Positions 1 to 13,404 of a DNA stretch of 64,000 nt are shown piece by piece. Position numbers and translations under genes: made by a program. The stretch is taken from the NCBI GenBank assembly GCA_951406725.2, contig OX597814.1, forward strand, positions 56,110,001 to 56,174,000, given 5' to 3'. The stretch is from Octopus vulgaris (taxonomy: Eukaryota). Each line of letters begins with the position of its first letter. Position 1 is the first letter of the stretch. Below the pieces are notes generated by a model. The model searched no databases. It worked only from the letters and a program-made list of their open reading frames with translations, and was not told the DNA's origin.

Positions 1-1359
1 TTATATGTACATATGAGCCAATGAAGGTTTGTCTTCTCAGTTACTCAACCCACTACAACAGCTGCTAAATCTTCCACATACCATTTCTCTTTCCCTAAAG
101 CAGGAAGTACACATTAGCTTCCAGATATCCCTAAAAATGTGGTATGGTCATGGCTGGAGTTCCTCTAGTCATATGTCTACTTGATCAGGGCTGGCCTTGG
201 GCTAAACAACAAAAACATAAGTATGTGGCAATACAATTTCTTTCAGATCAAAAGCATTCTGACTGTAATTGTCCTGTCTTTTTCTTTTCTTTTAGTACAT
301 CACAAATTACTTTGTTCAGTATATTTAAAATGGTAGAATTTGATTTGAGGAAATTTGACAGCTATTTCTAACAGGTCAGGTAATTGCATAGAGGTTTTCT
401 CATTGGATTTTAGAATGATTTTCAGTTTTACAGGTTTATTGTTGTTTTTAAGACAGAGTTCTTCTTGTCTTGTGGTAGCTATTTACAATTAGATGGTCAA
501 AGTCTTTTGAGTTTTTGGTGTTTTCCCTATACACAATACTTTGCTAGCAATAGGGTATTGAAATATGGCCTTCTGGCAGCTCAGGTATTCTGAGCTAACA
601 TAGTAAAATGTATGTAACTTAGTAAATAAAAATCTTTGTAAGACATAATCATTATCATAATTTTACTATGCTGGTATAAGTTCAATGGCTCAATGCACTC
701 CAAGTCAGTTCTTACACAAGGTTCTTGATTTCTTAGATAGGTTAGGAATCTTGCCTTGCCCATTTGATCAATTTTGACATGGTTTTTGTGGTTCAGTGCC
801 TTTCCTATCACCAACTGCTTTAAAGACTGTACTGTGTGAATATTATTTACTGGCCTTGTAGAGGTTGTCTTGTCTTTGGTAACACTAAAGACTTCTCTCA
901 GTGTTGTCTTCATTCATTTATTCACCAGTACCAGCTGAATATCCTTCTTAATGCCAACCACTTTACAGAGTGTACTGGGTGCCTTTTATCTGTGACACCA
1001 GCTCTAGTAAGGTTTACCAAGTACTTGCATTATCCATTGACCGAGCTAGGTATAATATTGAAGGATGTGAAAGTATGATAGAGAAACAGGAACAGGTTTC
1101 TTGTTTAGGAGGTAGATACATGGCTTTCCCAGCTGGGGAAAGAGAGAGAGAGAGAGAGAAATGATGATGATGATGACCATTACACCTTCAAGGTAAAGGG
1201 TGATATATGAGAGAATAGGGATAGAGGAACAGAAAAGGTAGGTAAGTGTACTAGACTATGAAAAAGTGTATGACTTGGTTAGATGCATCATTCAAATGCC
1301 TTCTGTGAATTTGTTGTCTCAAATTCCTCTTTATAACATCTAATATTATTTACATAATT

Positions 1360-1573
1360 GAAGTGGTGATATGGCAGAATCTTTAGCATGCCAAGCAAAA
1401 TGCTTAGTGGCATTTCATCCATCCTTACCTTCTGGGTTCAAATTCCACCAAGGTTGACTTTACTTTTCATCTTTTGGGGATCAATAAAATAAATACCAGC
1501 TGAGTGCTTGGGTTGATGTAATCAACTTGTCTCCTCCCCTAAAATTGTTGACCGTGTGCCAAAATTTTGAAAC
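1360..1573 (+). mobile_element. tRNA-derived SINE, family A (Meta-SINE-like central domain)
   Basis: Box B-like GGTTCAAATTCC, central GTTGACTTT..CTTTTCATCTTTTGGGGATCAATAAAATAAATACCAG. Flanked by the 18-bp direct repeat AATATTATTTACATAATT. Many homologous copies in the window. Confidence 0.85.
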
Positions 1574-1591
1574 AATATTATTTACATAATT

Positions 1592-1809
1592 AAGGTTGTG
1601 ATCTGGCACAATCATTAGCACACCAGGCAAAATGCTCAGCAGCATTTCGTTCGTCTTTACATTCTGAGTTCAAATTCTGCTGAGGTCATCTTTGCCTTTC
1701 ATCTTTCCTGGATTGATAAAAAAATGTACCAGTTGAACACTGAGGGCAGTATATTTGACTTACCCCTTCCCCTGAATTTGCTGACTCTGTGAAACCAATA
1801 TTTGAAACC
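1592..1809 (+). mobile_element. tRNA-derived SINE, family A, second tandem copy
   Basis: Colinear with 1360-1573 and flanked by the same 18-bp repeat (1574-1591 and 1810-1827). Confidence 0.85.
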
Positions 1810-2188
1810 AATATTACTTACATAATTTTTCATAATTTCATTCATGGGATTATGTCTCTTAGCAAACATTAAATTGAAGAGGGGCATTTGCTGTACTGGT
1901 CTCCAATACATAAAGAATATTTATATATGTTTTATAACCTATCCTGCTATACTAAGTAACTGAACAATTTTGGAGTTGATATATAGTAGTGGCCATTTAG
2001 TTGTAAGAACTATGAATATTTCTCTGTGATTAGTTGATGGGGTTGTAGTGATATTTTCATATTCCAACAGGGAAAAAAAATGTCTTAGAAAATCCCATTG
2101 GAATTCAGTAAAATGAGTCAGTAAAACTTAAGCAAAAATGGTGGTAATGTGGGTCTAAAGATCAAAGCTGTGATGATGCAATTATGTT

Positions 2189-2222
<34 letters not shown>

Positions 2223-2243
2223 TAAGAAGAAGAAGAAGAAGAA

Positions 2244-2633
2244 ACCTTTATATTATAAGCACAAAGTTTGAAATTTTAGTCAAGGGACTAGTCAATTGTG
2301 TCAACCCCAATGCTCAACTGATACTTATTTCATTGACCTCAAAAGGACCAAAGGTAAAGTTGACCATGGTGGAATTTGAACTTAGAATGTAAAGATGGAT
2401 GAAATGCTTCTAAGCATTTTGTCTGACATACTAATGAAACTGCCAATTTACTATGTTTAATAATTCTTTCTTATATAGACACAAAGCCTGGAAATTTTGT
2501 GGAGAGTTATAGTTGATTACATCAACCCTAGTTCTTGACTAGTACTTGAGTATTCAACTCCAAAAGTATGAAAGGCAGAATTTGATCTCAGAACATAAAG
2601 CCAGAGGAAATGGCAATAATAATAGTAATAATG

Positions 2634-2690
<57 letters not shown>

Positions 2691-2696
2691 GTAATG

Positions 2697-2735
<39 letters not shown>

Positions 2736-2741
2736 GTAATG

Positions 2742-2785
<44 letters not shown>

Positions 2786-2991
2786 TATAATTCATTCTTC
2801 CATAGGCACAAGGCCTGAAATTTGCCGGCAGGAGATTTAGTGAATTACATCGATCCTGGTATTCAATGGTGCTTTTTTAAATTGACTTCGAAATTATGAA
2901 AGCCAAAGTCACCTCAGAATGTACAGATGGATTTAAAGGTTGCTAAGCATTTTGTCTGGTAGTATAATCATTCTACCAGCTCACTACCTTA
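2244..2991 (-). mobile_element. Cluster of three family A SINE copies interleaved with (AAT)n tracts
   Basis: Reverse-complement matches to family A at about 2244-2460, 2464-2611 (truncated) and 2795-2991. Confidence 0.8.
2612..2790. repeat. Long interrupted (AAT)n microsatellite
   Basis: About 180 bp of AAT with recurring AGTAATGAT-type interruptions. Explains the poly-N, poly-I and poly-Y ORFs. Confidence 0.98.
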
Positions 2992-3040
2992 ATAATAATA
3001 ATAATAATAATGATGATCATGATGATGATAATAATAATAA

Positions 3041-4127
3041 TCTTACAAAACCACCACTGTAGGATTAAATACATATCTTGAGCTGTCAAAAGATCCTCTA
3101 ATGAAGCTTGTGCACCAGCATGATAAAGTAAAAAAACTAAACTAGGTATACAAAGAATCTGTACAGTTTAAGAAACAACTGATGATGGAGGAACCTAGGA
3201 TGAAGGCGAGTGAGAAAGTAACCCTGTTTGCTAAAAGAGTTAAGGAAGAGATGAAAAAACAAGCCCAGAAAAAGAGCAAAGAAGAATGGCTAGAAAAACC
3301 AATGCATGGCCAATATCCATGTAGAGTGAACAAACCTGGCGTAGAAAAACAAGACACTCATGTATGGATGAAGAGCTCTGGACTGAAGGCTGAAACCGAA
3401 GGTTTTATCATAGCAGTACAAGATCAAAGCTTGGCAACCAGAGCTTACCACAACAAAATAATGAACGGTGGCACTGACCCGAAATGCTGAATGTGTCATG
3501 AGCAGCATGAAACATTGGACCACATCTTAACTCGATGCACAGCGCTTGCAAAAACCGAATATATTCATAGACACGATAGAGTAGCGTAATATATCCATTG
3601 GAAGATATGTAAACACTACCAGCTTCCAACTTCAGAAAAATAGTACCAGCATAAACCTGAAACTGTGACAGTACTGATGTAACAGTACTCTGGGACATGC
3701 CAATCAACACTGATAAAGAAATCATGGCAAACAGGCTGGATATAATCATCAAAGATTGGAAGAATAAGAACTGCTTAGTGATAGATGTGACAGTACCATC
3801 AGAGAGTAATTTGTCCATTAAAGAAGTTGAGAAGTTATTCAAGTACAAAGACCTAGAAATAGAAGTAACCAAGATGTGGGGAATGAAAAGCAGCACAGCA
3901 CCAGTGGTGATTGGAGCGTTAGGGCTAATTAAAAAGGGCTTTGATAAGCAGCTCAACAAACTCCCTTGCAGTGTTAACGTGGGAGAACTTCAGAAAATAG
4001 TGTTGCTAGGTTCCGCACACATTTTACATCATGTACTCTCCATGAGATGAGGATCTGCTGTGACCCTAGGGTCAAGAGATGACCCCGGTTCAGCAGAAGA
4101 CAATGGACCATATTTTATTTTTTTAAA
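3041..4127 (+). mobile_element. 5'-truncated, decayed non-LTR retrotransposon with CCHC knuckle and restriction-like endonuclease (R4/Dong-like)
   Basis: Translates to LKAETEGFIIAVQDQSL..KC*MCHEQHETLDHILTRC..YIHRHD..WDMPINTD..NRLDIII..IDVTVP..KEVEKLFKYKDL..PVVIGALG, with stops and a frameshift. Short structured 3' UTR. Flanked by AAT/AAC repeats. Confidence 0.9.
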
Positions 4128-4708
4128 ATAATAACAACAACAACATAGGCAGAGAGTCACACATTTTAGAGGGATAATATGGTCAATTATATTGCTGCAA
4201 AGACCACAGTTACCATTTTCAAGGAATCTAGTGTCTTTTTATTTAATGTTTAATAAGCTATTGTGTTGTCATTTAGCTTTGATACATCGTACCTATAACC
4301 AAAGACACATTGTCAATGTGTCCTTCCTTTTTGGAACATTAGTGTATAATAGAGGGAAATTTGGTCACTATTTCTTGTGGGTCAAGCAGCTGCATAGAAG
4401 ATACCTCTTTTACTCATATTTAATAGGTGAATGAAAAATGTAGCATCTAACCTCTTCATAAAAGCTATTTCTTCTGTCTTGAATCAGAAAACCTCAGTTT
4501 CCTGTGAAGAAGGAATGCCACAAGGAAATGTGCAGTGATATAAAGTGGTTAGGTGCTTCTTTAAAACTTTTCAAAGAATTAGAATGGAAATATTTGTACA
4601 AAATAAACAGCAAACATATAAAGAGAGAGAAAAGAAGCATTAAATCATCCCACTTATGTTAGTGAATGACTGCAGCTGTAGTTGGCAGGAAATTATGACG
4701 ATGGTCAA

Positions 4709-5229
4709 ATTACCTGTGTAATAACCTAACCTTGCTTTATTTAATCAGGCTTGAAACTTTCATAATTTCCTAGGAATTGAAGAATTTGTTGCCATATAAG
4801 TGTCTGTTGCCATATATATGCCATTCTTTATGTTATTTTTATAATAATTTATATCCTTCAATTTTTGTTTTATTATTTTCTTTTTATTTTGTGAATACTA
4901 ACATCTCTAATTGTGGATTTTCAACAAACCTATCTCTAGTTTGACTAGAGTATATACAGGATTTTTTTTATTACCTGTGTAATAACCTAACCTTGCTTTA
5001 TTTAATCAGGCTTGAAACTTTCATAATTTCCTAGGAATTGAAGAATTTGTTGCCATATAAGTGTCTGTTGCCATATATATGCCATTCTTTATGTTATTTT
5101 TATAATAATTTATATCCATCAATTTTTGTTTTATTATTTTCTTTTTATTTTGTGAATACTAACATCTCTAATTGTGGATTTTCAACAAACCTATCTCTAG
5201 TTTGACTAGAGTATATATAGGATTTTTTT
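4709..5229. repeat. Near-perfect 261-bp tandem duplication
   Basis: 4709-4969 is repeated at 4970-5229 with about two substitutions. Confidence 0.95.
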
Positions 5230-5329
5230 GTTCAGTGCACCAATTTACCTGTTGTGTGTGTGACTCAGTCAGTTTTATTTTAAGATTTTTTGTCAATAGA
5301 GAAAGAGCCAGTTTTCTAACTGAGATCCA

Positions 5330-5692
5330 ACATCTGAAAGATGTCCAGATGTTGGATCATCTTCAAGACTCTCCTTTCCCCTCCTAAATTCAGCTTCTCA
5401 CTTTTGCACTGTTGATAAAGCTAGAATGTCATCTCCTAATGTAGCAGCCATGTCAACATGAATTTCCTTTGGGGCTAAACCATTTTTCTGTAGGTAGCTT
5501 GTAGCACTGCAATGTCAAATTTTGTGCATTTTCAAGAGAAGTTACTGTTCTCTGAACAGTCAGATGTCATTTAACCTCAAAAGAAATAATGTAGCATTTA
5601 ATAAAAAAGCTGAAATTAGTGCATCCAAGACTTCACAGCTCCAACATGACTCCTTAATAGTCAGCCTATGAACTTTTCAACCCTCTCTCATA
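5330..5692 (-). mobile_element. mariner transposon 5' fragment (TIR plus transposase N-terminus)
   Basis: Minus strand begins TATGAGAGAGGGTTGAAAAGTTCATAGGCTGAC and encodes YLQKNGLAPKEIHVDMAATLGDD..STVQK*EAEFRRGKESLEDDP. Confidence 0.8.
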
Positions 5693-7138
5693 GCAGTCTC
5701 TGACTACAGTACTGCAGTATAAAATACAAGTATAAATATAATTTTAAGTACCATTGCTGATTTGGTCTTTTGATGTACTTTTGTCACATTTTGGTAAATA
5801 AATTTTAAGTCTCTTTGGGCCTTGACTAAACTCATTCAGTATTTGCAAGCATTAAAACAATAATTTCCTGACAGAATATCAAGAAGACATTAGAAATTAG
5901 AAGGAAAAACTATCTTGGCTAATTTGTCTAAATATTAATACTGAAAATGGATTAATGTATTTATTTGAAGTGTTTTAAAAATCTTATGCAAATCTTTGCA
6001 AAACTTTACTAACTTGGGTACAGATAGTGATGTCACTGTTTGCAGCTCATCTTTAAACAAGGATATCATTGTAATTGAGCTGCAACCAGTGAAGTATGCA
6101 ACTAACTCTGCACACAAATTTCTCTGAAATAAAAATTCCCTTATTTGAAAAATAGATGCAGGTTGGCAACATCTAGTGTGTCCAGCCATAAAAATCCTGC
6201 ATTGAAATCTATTTTAATCTAAAGCCAGACAAGCATGGAGAACACGTTAAATGAAACAAAAGAATGAACATTATCTGATAGAGGACTCAATACAAGTGTG
6301 GAGCCTAACAAGTAGGCTGAGTGTATAGAAGTTTCACTAGCATCAGGTCATTAGGCTGTAGTTAATTTAGTAACTCTAATACTTGCTGTTGAAACAACTT
6401 GACTTATTTTCCTCTCAGCTTTCTTTTATTAGTTCTTTGACTAATATTCAGATTGAGAAAACGTGTTAAAGGGTTTAAGCTTCTGTTTGAGGCATTAGAC
6501 TTTCTGTCTTCCCCACAGTGAGTCAATTTGTTCCACTGTTCTACTATTCATATTCACAACAAAGAACACTACTAGCTTCCAACAAAGAACACCACTAGCT
6601 TCCCCAGATCCTGCTGTTTACTTTATTAATAAAGCTAGCTTACTAATTCTTGTCACTCTGACTTTAATATCATTAGAAAGGAAATAATTATTGCATGCCA
6701 GTCAGATTGATACAGAAAGTGCCAAAGAATCACTGTTATATTTAGTTTAAGAGAGCAAGCTAAGTTGGTATTGTTTGTTAGTATTACGCTGATTCTTACT
6801 GATATAAAAGAACCAATTAGGAGGTGTCTAGAATTAGTTTTCTTCATAAGATCTAAAACAGTTTCTCAAATAACTTTTATTACACAAACCAATTTATTGT
6901 CAAGTTCCTGTATTGATATCCTGCCAAAAATTCAGTTACAAATCTCTCATGACATGTTCCATTGCCACAAGATATTTTGCTCAGAATGTTCTGTTAATAT
7001 GTAAAATCCTTCAGATGTGAAATATGTATGTTAATTCATTTTCAAAGTTAACTGATTGGTACTTTTGAAAACGTTTTAGCAATTTTGTGGTTAAGAAGCT
7101 TACTTCTTTATTGAGTGGTCTTGGGTTCAGCCCCACTG

Positions 7139-7206
<68 letters not shown>

Positions 7207-7396
7207 ATGTGTATATGGTGGGCTTAAAAATAAGTTTTGGGATTGATTTGTTTGACTAAGCTCTTCAAGGTGGTGTTCCGGCGTGGCCACAGTCCAATAA
7301 CTGAAACCAGTAAAATGTTATAAGTCCTCTCCCAATCTCTGTCTCTTTCTCTCTCTAACTCTGTTAGATGCCCTTTTGAAGATAGTCTCTCCCATC

Positions 7397-7432
<36 letters not shown>

Positions 7433-7849
7433 GTCCAAAAGTAGTTGCATACCATGATTATCTACGACTCTGTTCATTTTGAAAATAGTGTTGGTCTACT
7501 AGTTAGCTGCAGGTGTATCTAGAAATCATTCTGGCATTAGACTACCAGTCAAATAATGTTCTGTTATAAAATCTAAGGCTGATATTAGCCTAATATTTAG
7601 ACAGCCAAACCTGACAAGGTACAACTTTCTCTTCTAGTTTGAATATAGCATTACAGTGCTAGCAGTTTCTACTTGGTCATCCTATTTGAAAATGGCATCA
7701 AAGTTTTGGCTAGTTTATTGATTGTTGATGTTTTTGTTATTTAGACCTAGGTAAGCCTTAATTGTGTACATATATCATCAACTGTATTCCATCTGTAGCT
7801 GTCTCATTCTTTATTCAGACACATTATGTGTATTTTGTTTGAATTTCTT

Positions 7850-8265
7850 ATCTTTTATCTTTTCCTTGTTTCAGTTATAGGACTATGGCCATACTGGGGC
7901 ACTGCCTTGAATTGTTTAATTGAACAAATTACCCCAGTACTTATTTTTTAAGCCTGATATTTATTATATCAATCTCTTTTACTGAACTACTAAGATACAA
8001 GGATGTAAACAAAATGACAAGCAGTGGAGGAGGATAAACATAAGCACAAAGAGAGAGAGAGACACACACACACACATACACATGCATGCGCGCATGTACA
8101 CACACACACACATAATGGGATTCCACACAGTTTCTGCTTACCAAACTTACTTACAAGGCATTGAATGACCATGGTCTATTGTAGAGGATGCTTGCCTCAG
8201 GTGCCATGCAGTGGGACTGAACTTGAAATCACATTGTTGGAAATTGAGCTTCTTAACTACACAGG
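7850..8265 (-). mobile_element. tRNA-derived SINE, family B (internal microsatellite)
   Basis: Reverse complement of the element at 62014-62457. Further copies at about 7085-7315, 10538-10930, 17355-17890, 24170-24535, 29150-29555, 37780-38075 and 60760-60900. Confidence 0.8.
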
Positions 8266-8639
8266 CAAGCTTAGTCAAAGAATTGTTCTTATAAATTAAT
8301 ATATTCAGACTAGTGTACATGCCATAGTTGTTATAGTCACATGTATGAGACATTGGACCATTTGGCTTTGTATTAAAAAAGGAAAAAAAACCATTAAACA
8401 TACAACCATAAAATAAAGTTAGGTTTACAGCTCCTAATTTTCTCCACCTAATTGTCCTTTTGGACAATAGGGTACTGAATATAAGTTTAGTAGCTTAGCT
8501 AGTGGACATGAATTGAAAGTCTGAGTTAATCAAGTTGTATATAATCTAGCAGAAGCACAACAAGCAACAGATTATTTAATAAGAAGAATATTCCTGGAAT
8601 GGACTACCGAAAGAGAGCAATCTACTCTTGTAGAGTTAA

Positions 8640-8864
8640 CCCTTTAACATTTAAACTGGTCATATCTGGCCAAAATATTCTACCTGTTTTATGTTTAAAC
8701 TGGCCAAAAAGATCCAGCCTCTCACACTGACCCTACAATGTTAGTCTAAAAAATATACAGTGACATAACTGAAATCTCAAGGCTACAAGATAACGCAGGA
8801 TAAATTGAAATTGATGTGAATAAATAAGCATTACATTTGATAGAATAATCTGAGTGCTAAAGGG
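8640..8864. mobile_element. TTAA-type (piggyBac-like) MITE, family 1
   Basis: TTAA|CCCTTTAACA ... TGCTAAAGGG|TTAG. Homologous copy at 63629-63848. Confidence 0.75.
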
Positions 8865-9651
8865 TTAGTAATAGGTTTGGTTTCATATTCTAAGAACATT
8901 ATTGACTGCAACGGCACCTGAAGAAGGCTAGAGGATACAATATCCAAAACCTTGTGATTATAACAACCAGCATAAGAACACTTGTTATCTAATATGTACC
9001 TCATTTTTAAGTTGGTAGGATATGATTTGAAGAAACGTTTTGTTTTTTCCATTTTTTTTTCTTTTTTGTAGCAGTTCAAGCAACCACATAAATATTCTTT
9101 TATTGGCTCATTGCTCATCAAAGCTTCTTTATAAGCTTGATAGATCCTCCCTCATTAATTAAGTTATAGCAACATCTGTTGTATTTTTATGTCTCACTTG
9201 GTTACTCCGTCCATCCATCATTCCATCCATCCATTCAGCCCACAATTCCTGCAAGACTCTTGGAACCTGAGTCCTCAAACATACATCTCACTGCCATGCA
9301 GAAGATACTGTCAGAAGCAGCTGTTTGCCTATGGTTTGATTACTTAATATATGGATAATTTTATTGCACCAGTTAGTTTCACTAGATCAAACAAACTATT
9401 CAACTGATTGCATAGATTCAAATTGTTTAAAGTTCTGATCACAGATTCTGAATAGAAACAATTTGTAAACAAGTAGAAAATACATGATTTTTTTTAATGT
9501 TTTCCCTATGATTGTGGAAAGAAATGGTATACAGACATACAAAAAATAAATCTTAATTCACACTTGAATTAATTTGCTTTATTGTTAGTTTCAAAGCTAT
9601 TTAAATATTACCAATACATGAACACCACATGGAAATAAGAATAAAACATTG

Positions 9652-9685
<34 letters not shown>

Positions 9686-9687
9686 CG

Positions 9688-9732
<45 letters not shown>

Positions 9733-10200
9733 CATACATACATGCATATACACACACATACACACTTATGCTACTGTACTGAAGTATATTCATATCATTA
9801 AATCATATTCTTTCTCAATTTTCTCAAATGAATCTCAAGGAAAAACAAACTGTTTCATCTCAGTATCGCAGCAGTGTTGTAAAGCAATCTCAAATGAAAG
9901 AATAAAAACATTCAGACTTGTGCAGTTTTATACTTAAGATATGCTGCTGGGAATTCATTTGCACAGCAACTCTATGTTTTGAATATATGTACATGCTGTC
10001 AAAGAAACAAAAGAGCCTCACCATGAAACTGCTTGCATCTCTATTCATTTGTTCAGCTAAATATGTGTAAAGATACGAACTTGTGTTTCCATGTATGTGT
10101 GTGTATATATATGTATATATGTATACATGTATATATAATGGAGATGTACTTGCAATAGCAAGTGACTTAATCTGAGATTGTGTGCTGAAACAAAAACACT

Positions 10201-10386
10201 TGCAGCGTGGAAGGTGTTTATAAGCCATTTAAAAACACACAAAAATCATTAAATTCACTTCAGACTGTGATCAGGTCGCGGTCTCAAAGGGACAAAAATA
10301 TTTTGGTAAATTAAATTTAAATGTTGAAGTGAATCTAATGGTTTTTGTGTGTTTTTAAATGGTTTATAAACACCTTTCATGCTGCA
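10201..10386. repeat. Inverted repeat with 62-bp arms and 62-nt spacer, between TA/CA microsatellites
   Basis: 10201-10262 matches the reverse complement of 10325-10386 with 5 mismatches. Confidence 0.95.
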
Positions 10387-10429
10387 GTTGTATATACATG
10401 CATATATATATATATATATATTATATATG

Positions 10430-10538
<109 letters not shown>

Positions 10539-11329
10539 TTTGTTTGTTTCAGTCATCTGACTGTGGCCATGCTACAGCACCAACTTGAAGGGTTTTAGTT
10601 GACCAAATCAACTGCAGTACTTACTTTTAAATCTGTTACTTATTTTATCATTATCTTTTACTGAACTGCTAATTCATGCAGATGTAAACAAAACAAAACT
10701 GGTTATCAAATGGTGTTGGGGTGATAAACACAAAGACATGCACACACACACACACACATGCACACATATAATATATACATGATGAGCTTCCACACAGTCT
10801 CTTTTCACCAAATCCATTCTCAGAGCATTGGTGGTCCAGGGCTATAGTAGAAGACATTTGACCAATGTGCTGCACTATGAACCTGAAACCACATGACTGC
10901 CAAGCTAGCTTCTTAACCACAGCGCCATATCTGTAGCTATTCATTTATACACACGCACACTTGCAATCGAATACAAAATCAAAAACAGTGTGCATGTGCA
11001 AAATTAATAATCTAAAATGGTGACAATTTACCCATCGCACCCTGTATGTATGTATGTATGTATGTATGTATGTATATGTGTATATGCATACATATATATA
11101 TGTTTATTTATACTTTTATTCTTTTGCTTGCTTCAATCATTTGGCTGTGACCATGCTGGAGCACCGCCAGCATGGCCATAGAAGGAATCGACTCCAGGAC
11201 TTATTCTTTGTAAGTTTAATACTCATTGTATCGATATCTTTTGCTGAACATCTAGGTTACGGGGATGTAAACACACCTATATCAGTTGTCAAGCGATGGT
11301 GGGGAAACAAACGCAGACACACAAAAATA

Positions 11330-11364
<35 letters not shown>

Positions 11365-13404
11365 GTGTGTGTGTGTGTCTATACATGCATACATATATGT
11401 GTGTGTGTGTGTAAATATATGTATATGCATGAAAGCATGCATATATACATATAGGAACAAATTAAAATTATGACTGTGTACACTAGAATGGAAGATCAAA
11501 ATAATGGTGAAGGGTGTATATGATAACATAAAGGACAAAAATAAACTTAGATAAACCATTCTGTCAGCCATCTTTTCCTCCAAAGTCATTACAATTCTGG
11601 CACTGGAAAAGGGTATCACTCATCTGGAAAGTGCCAGGATATAAAATAACATAAAATCAAATCTTATGCTTGAAAACACACTGGACAGAGAGATAAGAAT
11701 GGTGCAAAAAGCATGAACAAACGAGATACAGAGTATTATTAACAAAGAAGCTGCATTTCAATTCGAGACAGAAACAAGGAGGGAGGATGTTAGCATGGAG
11801 AGAAATTAGAAAAATACTTTTGTGATAAACAAACACAACTGGACAGAGGAATGTTGGACAAATGTGATGAGTGTGAAGTTTGTGAGACCAATCACAATAG
11901 AAAGAAGAGGGAGAGATCAGTCAGCATGAGCAGGTGATGTAAAAGGGAGAGAAGGAATGCAAGATAGAGCAAGCAAAATATAGTGTTAATCACAGTGAGA
12001 GGAGCAAGTAGGGGTGAAAGTCTTATGTCTCCATAATGTGTATCTTTCTTAAGACTTGACTTCATTTTGTTTTGTTTTTATCTTGGCTCTTTTCAAATGA
12101 GCAATATCAAATTTTACCAGGGCTGAAATTATGATGACTCTGAATTAAAAAGTTGGTTGATGTAATAGGTTTATCCATGTTCTGTTCTTTTATATATTTT
12201 CCATTACTTGCTGTAATATATGGAGAATTACATTGTGGAAGACTATATTTACTCTGCTAGTCATTATCAGGTTTTCAAAAGTGTTTCTTCATCCAAGAGA
12301 GAAGAAGATTGAAAGGAGAGAGTCTTGTGGTTTTTACAAAGAGTTTATTTGTACAGTGAGACTAAATGTAGGTATATTAAGCACATGCTTGCTATTATAT
12401 TTACACAGTTTCCACAGATATACTGTCTCTTGTTTTCATTAACATATATATTTGCTTAGCTTATATATTTTGGTAGTCTATACCTTTCCAGATGTCCTCT
12501 TCCTGTAGTCTCTAAAATTTTACCTGCATATATTGGTTTATAGAAAACAAAGCTACTTTTATATGCTGGCTGCTTGAACATGACTATTTAGTATCAATTA
12601 GATTCATAGTTTCATTATGCAAAACAACATTCACAATATTGTTTGTGATTTAATAGAAAATGTTGATGTGTAACCAGTAAGCTTGTTCGGGAAGTAAATT
12701 GATGACCAATACGTATGTACCTGGAAACAATAAACATTTTATGAATAAAGAGCAGGGATGGTTTATAGGTATTAAAATAGTATATAGTTTTAACGGTCCA
12801 CTGATAGCTGATATTGGTGTTGGTGATAAAATTTTGTTTCCATTGGAATTACAGCAATTGTAACTTACTTGAAATAGATTTATTATTGACTATACAAATA
12901 GTATACAAAATTATGTCAGCATATTCAGTCATATCTATAGTGTGTTTAGTAGTTACAATAGATTACGGTATATCTATAACTTAAATCAATATGCTACCTC
13001 AAAGCACTGTTCAGGCTCCCATTAAATATGTCATAGACTGTAGCAAATTATTATGTGTCTGTATTTCTCTCCCTCTTATTTCTATATATGTTCATATATG
13101 TATGTGTGTGTGTGCGTGTGCATGCATGTGTGGATGTGTATATATGTACAGACACCTGTAGATGTTTTTAGCTCATAATATTTTGCAAAGAAGCAGTGTT
13201 CATAACATTTTTAGTTCCTTGCAGAATAAGGACAAGGATAAGTAGGTAGGCATGGAAGTATGGTTAAGAAGCTTGCTTTGTATCCACACATTTGCAGGTT
13301 CATTCCCACTGTGCAGTGCCTTGGGCAAGTATTTTTCACTATACTTTGTGAGTAAATTTGGTTGACAGAAACTATATTGATGCCTATATATGTGTGTGTA
13401 TGTG

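Noticed and set aside
1342-1827. Regularly spaced direct repeats suggesting a CRISPR-like array
   Set aside because: The spacers are homologous SINEs and the repeats are TSDs. Eukaryotic context and no cas genes.
2517-2840. Poly-Y, poly-N and poly-I ORFs
   Set aside because: Translations of the (AAT)n microsatellite.
6558-6603. 23-bp tandem duplication
   Set aside because: Ordinary local slippage with no further structure.
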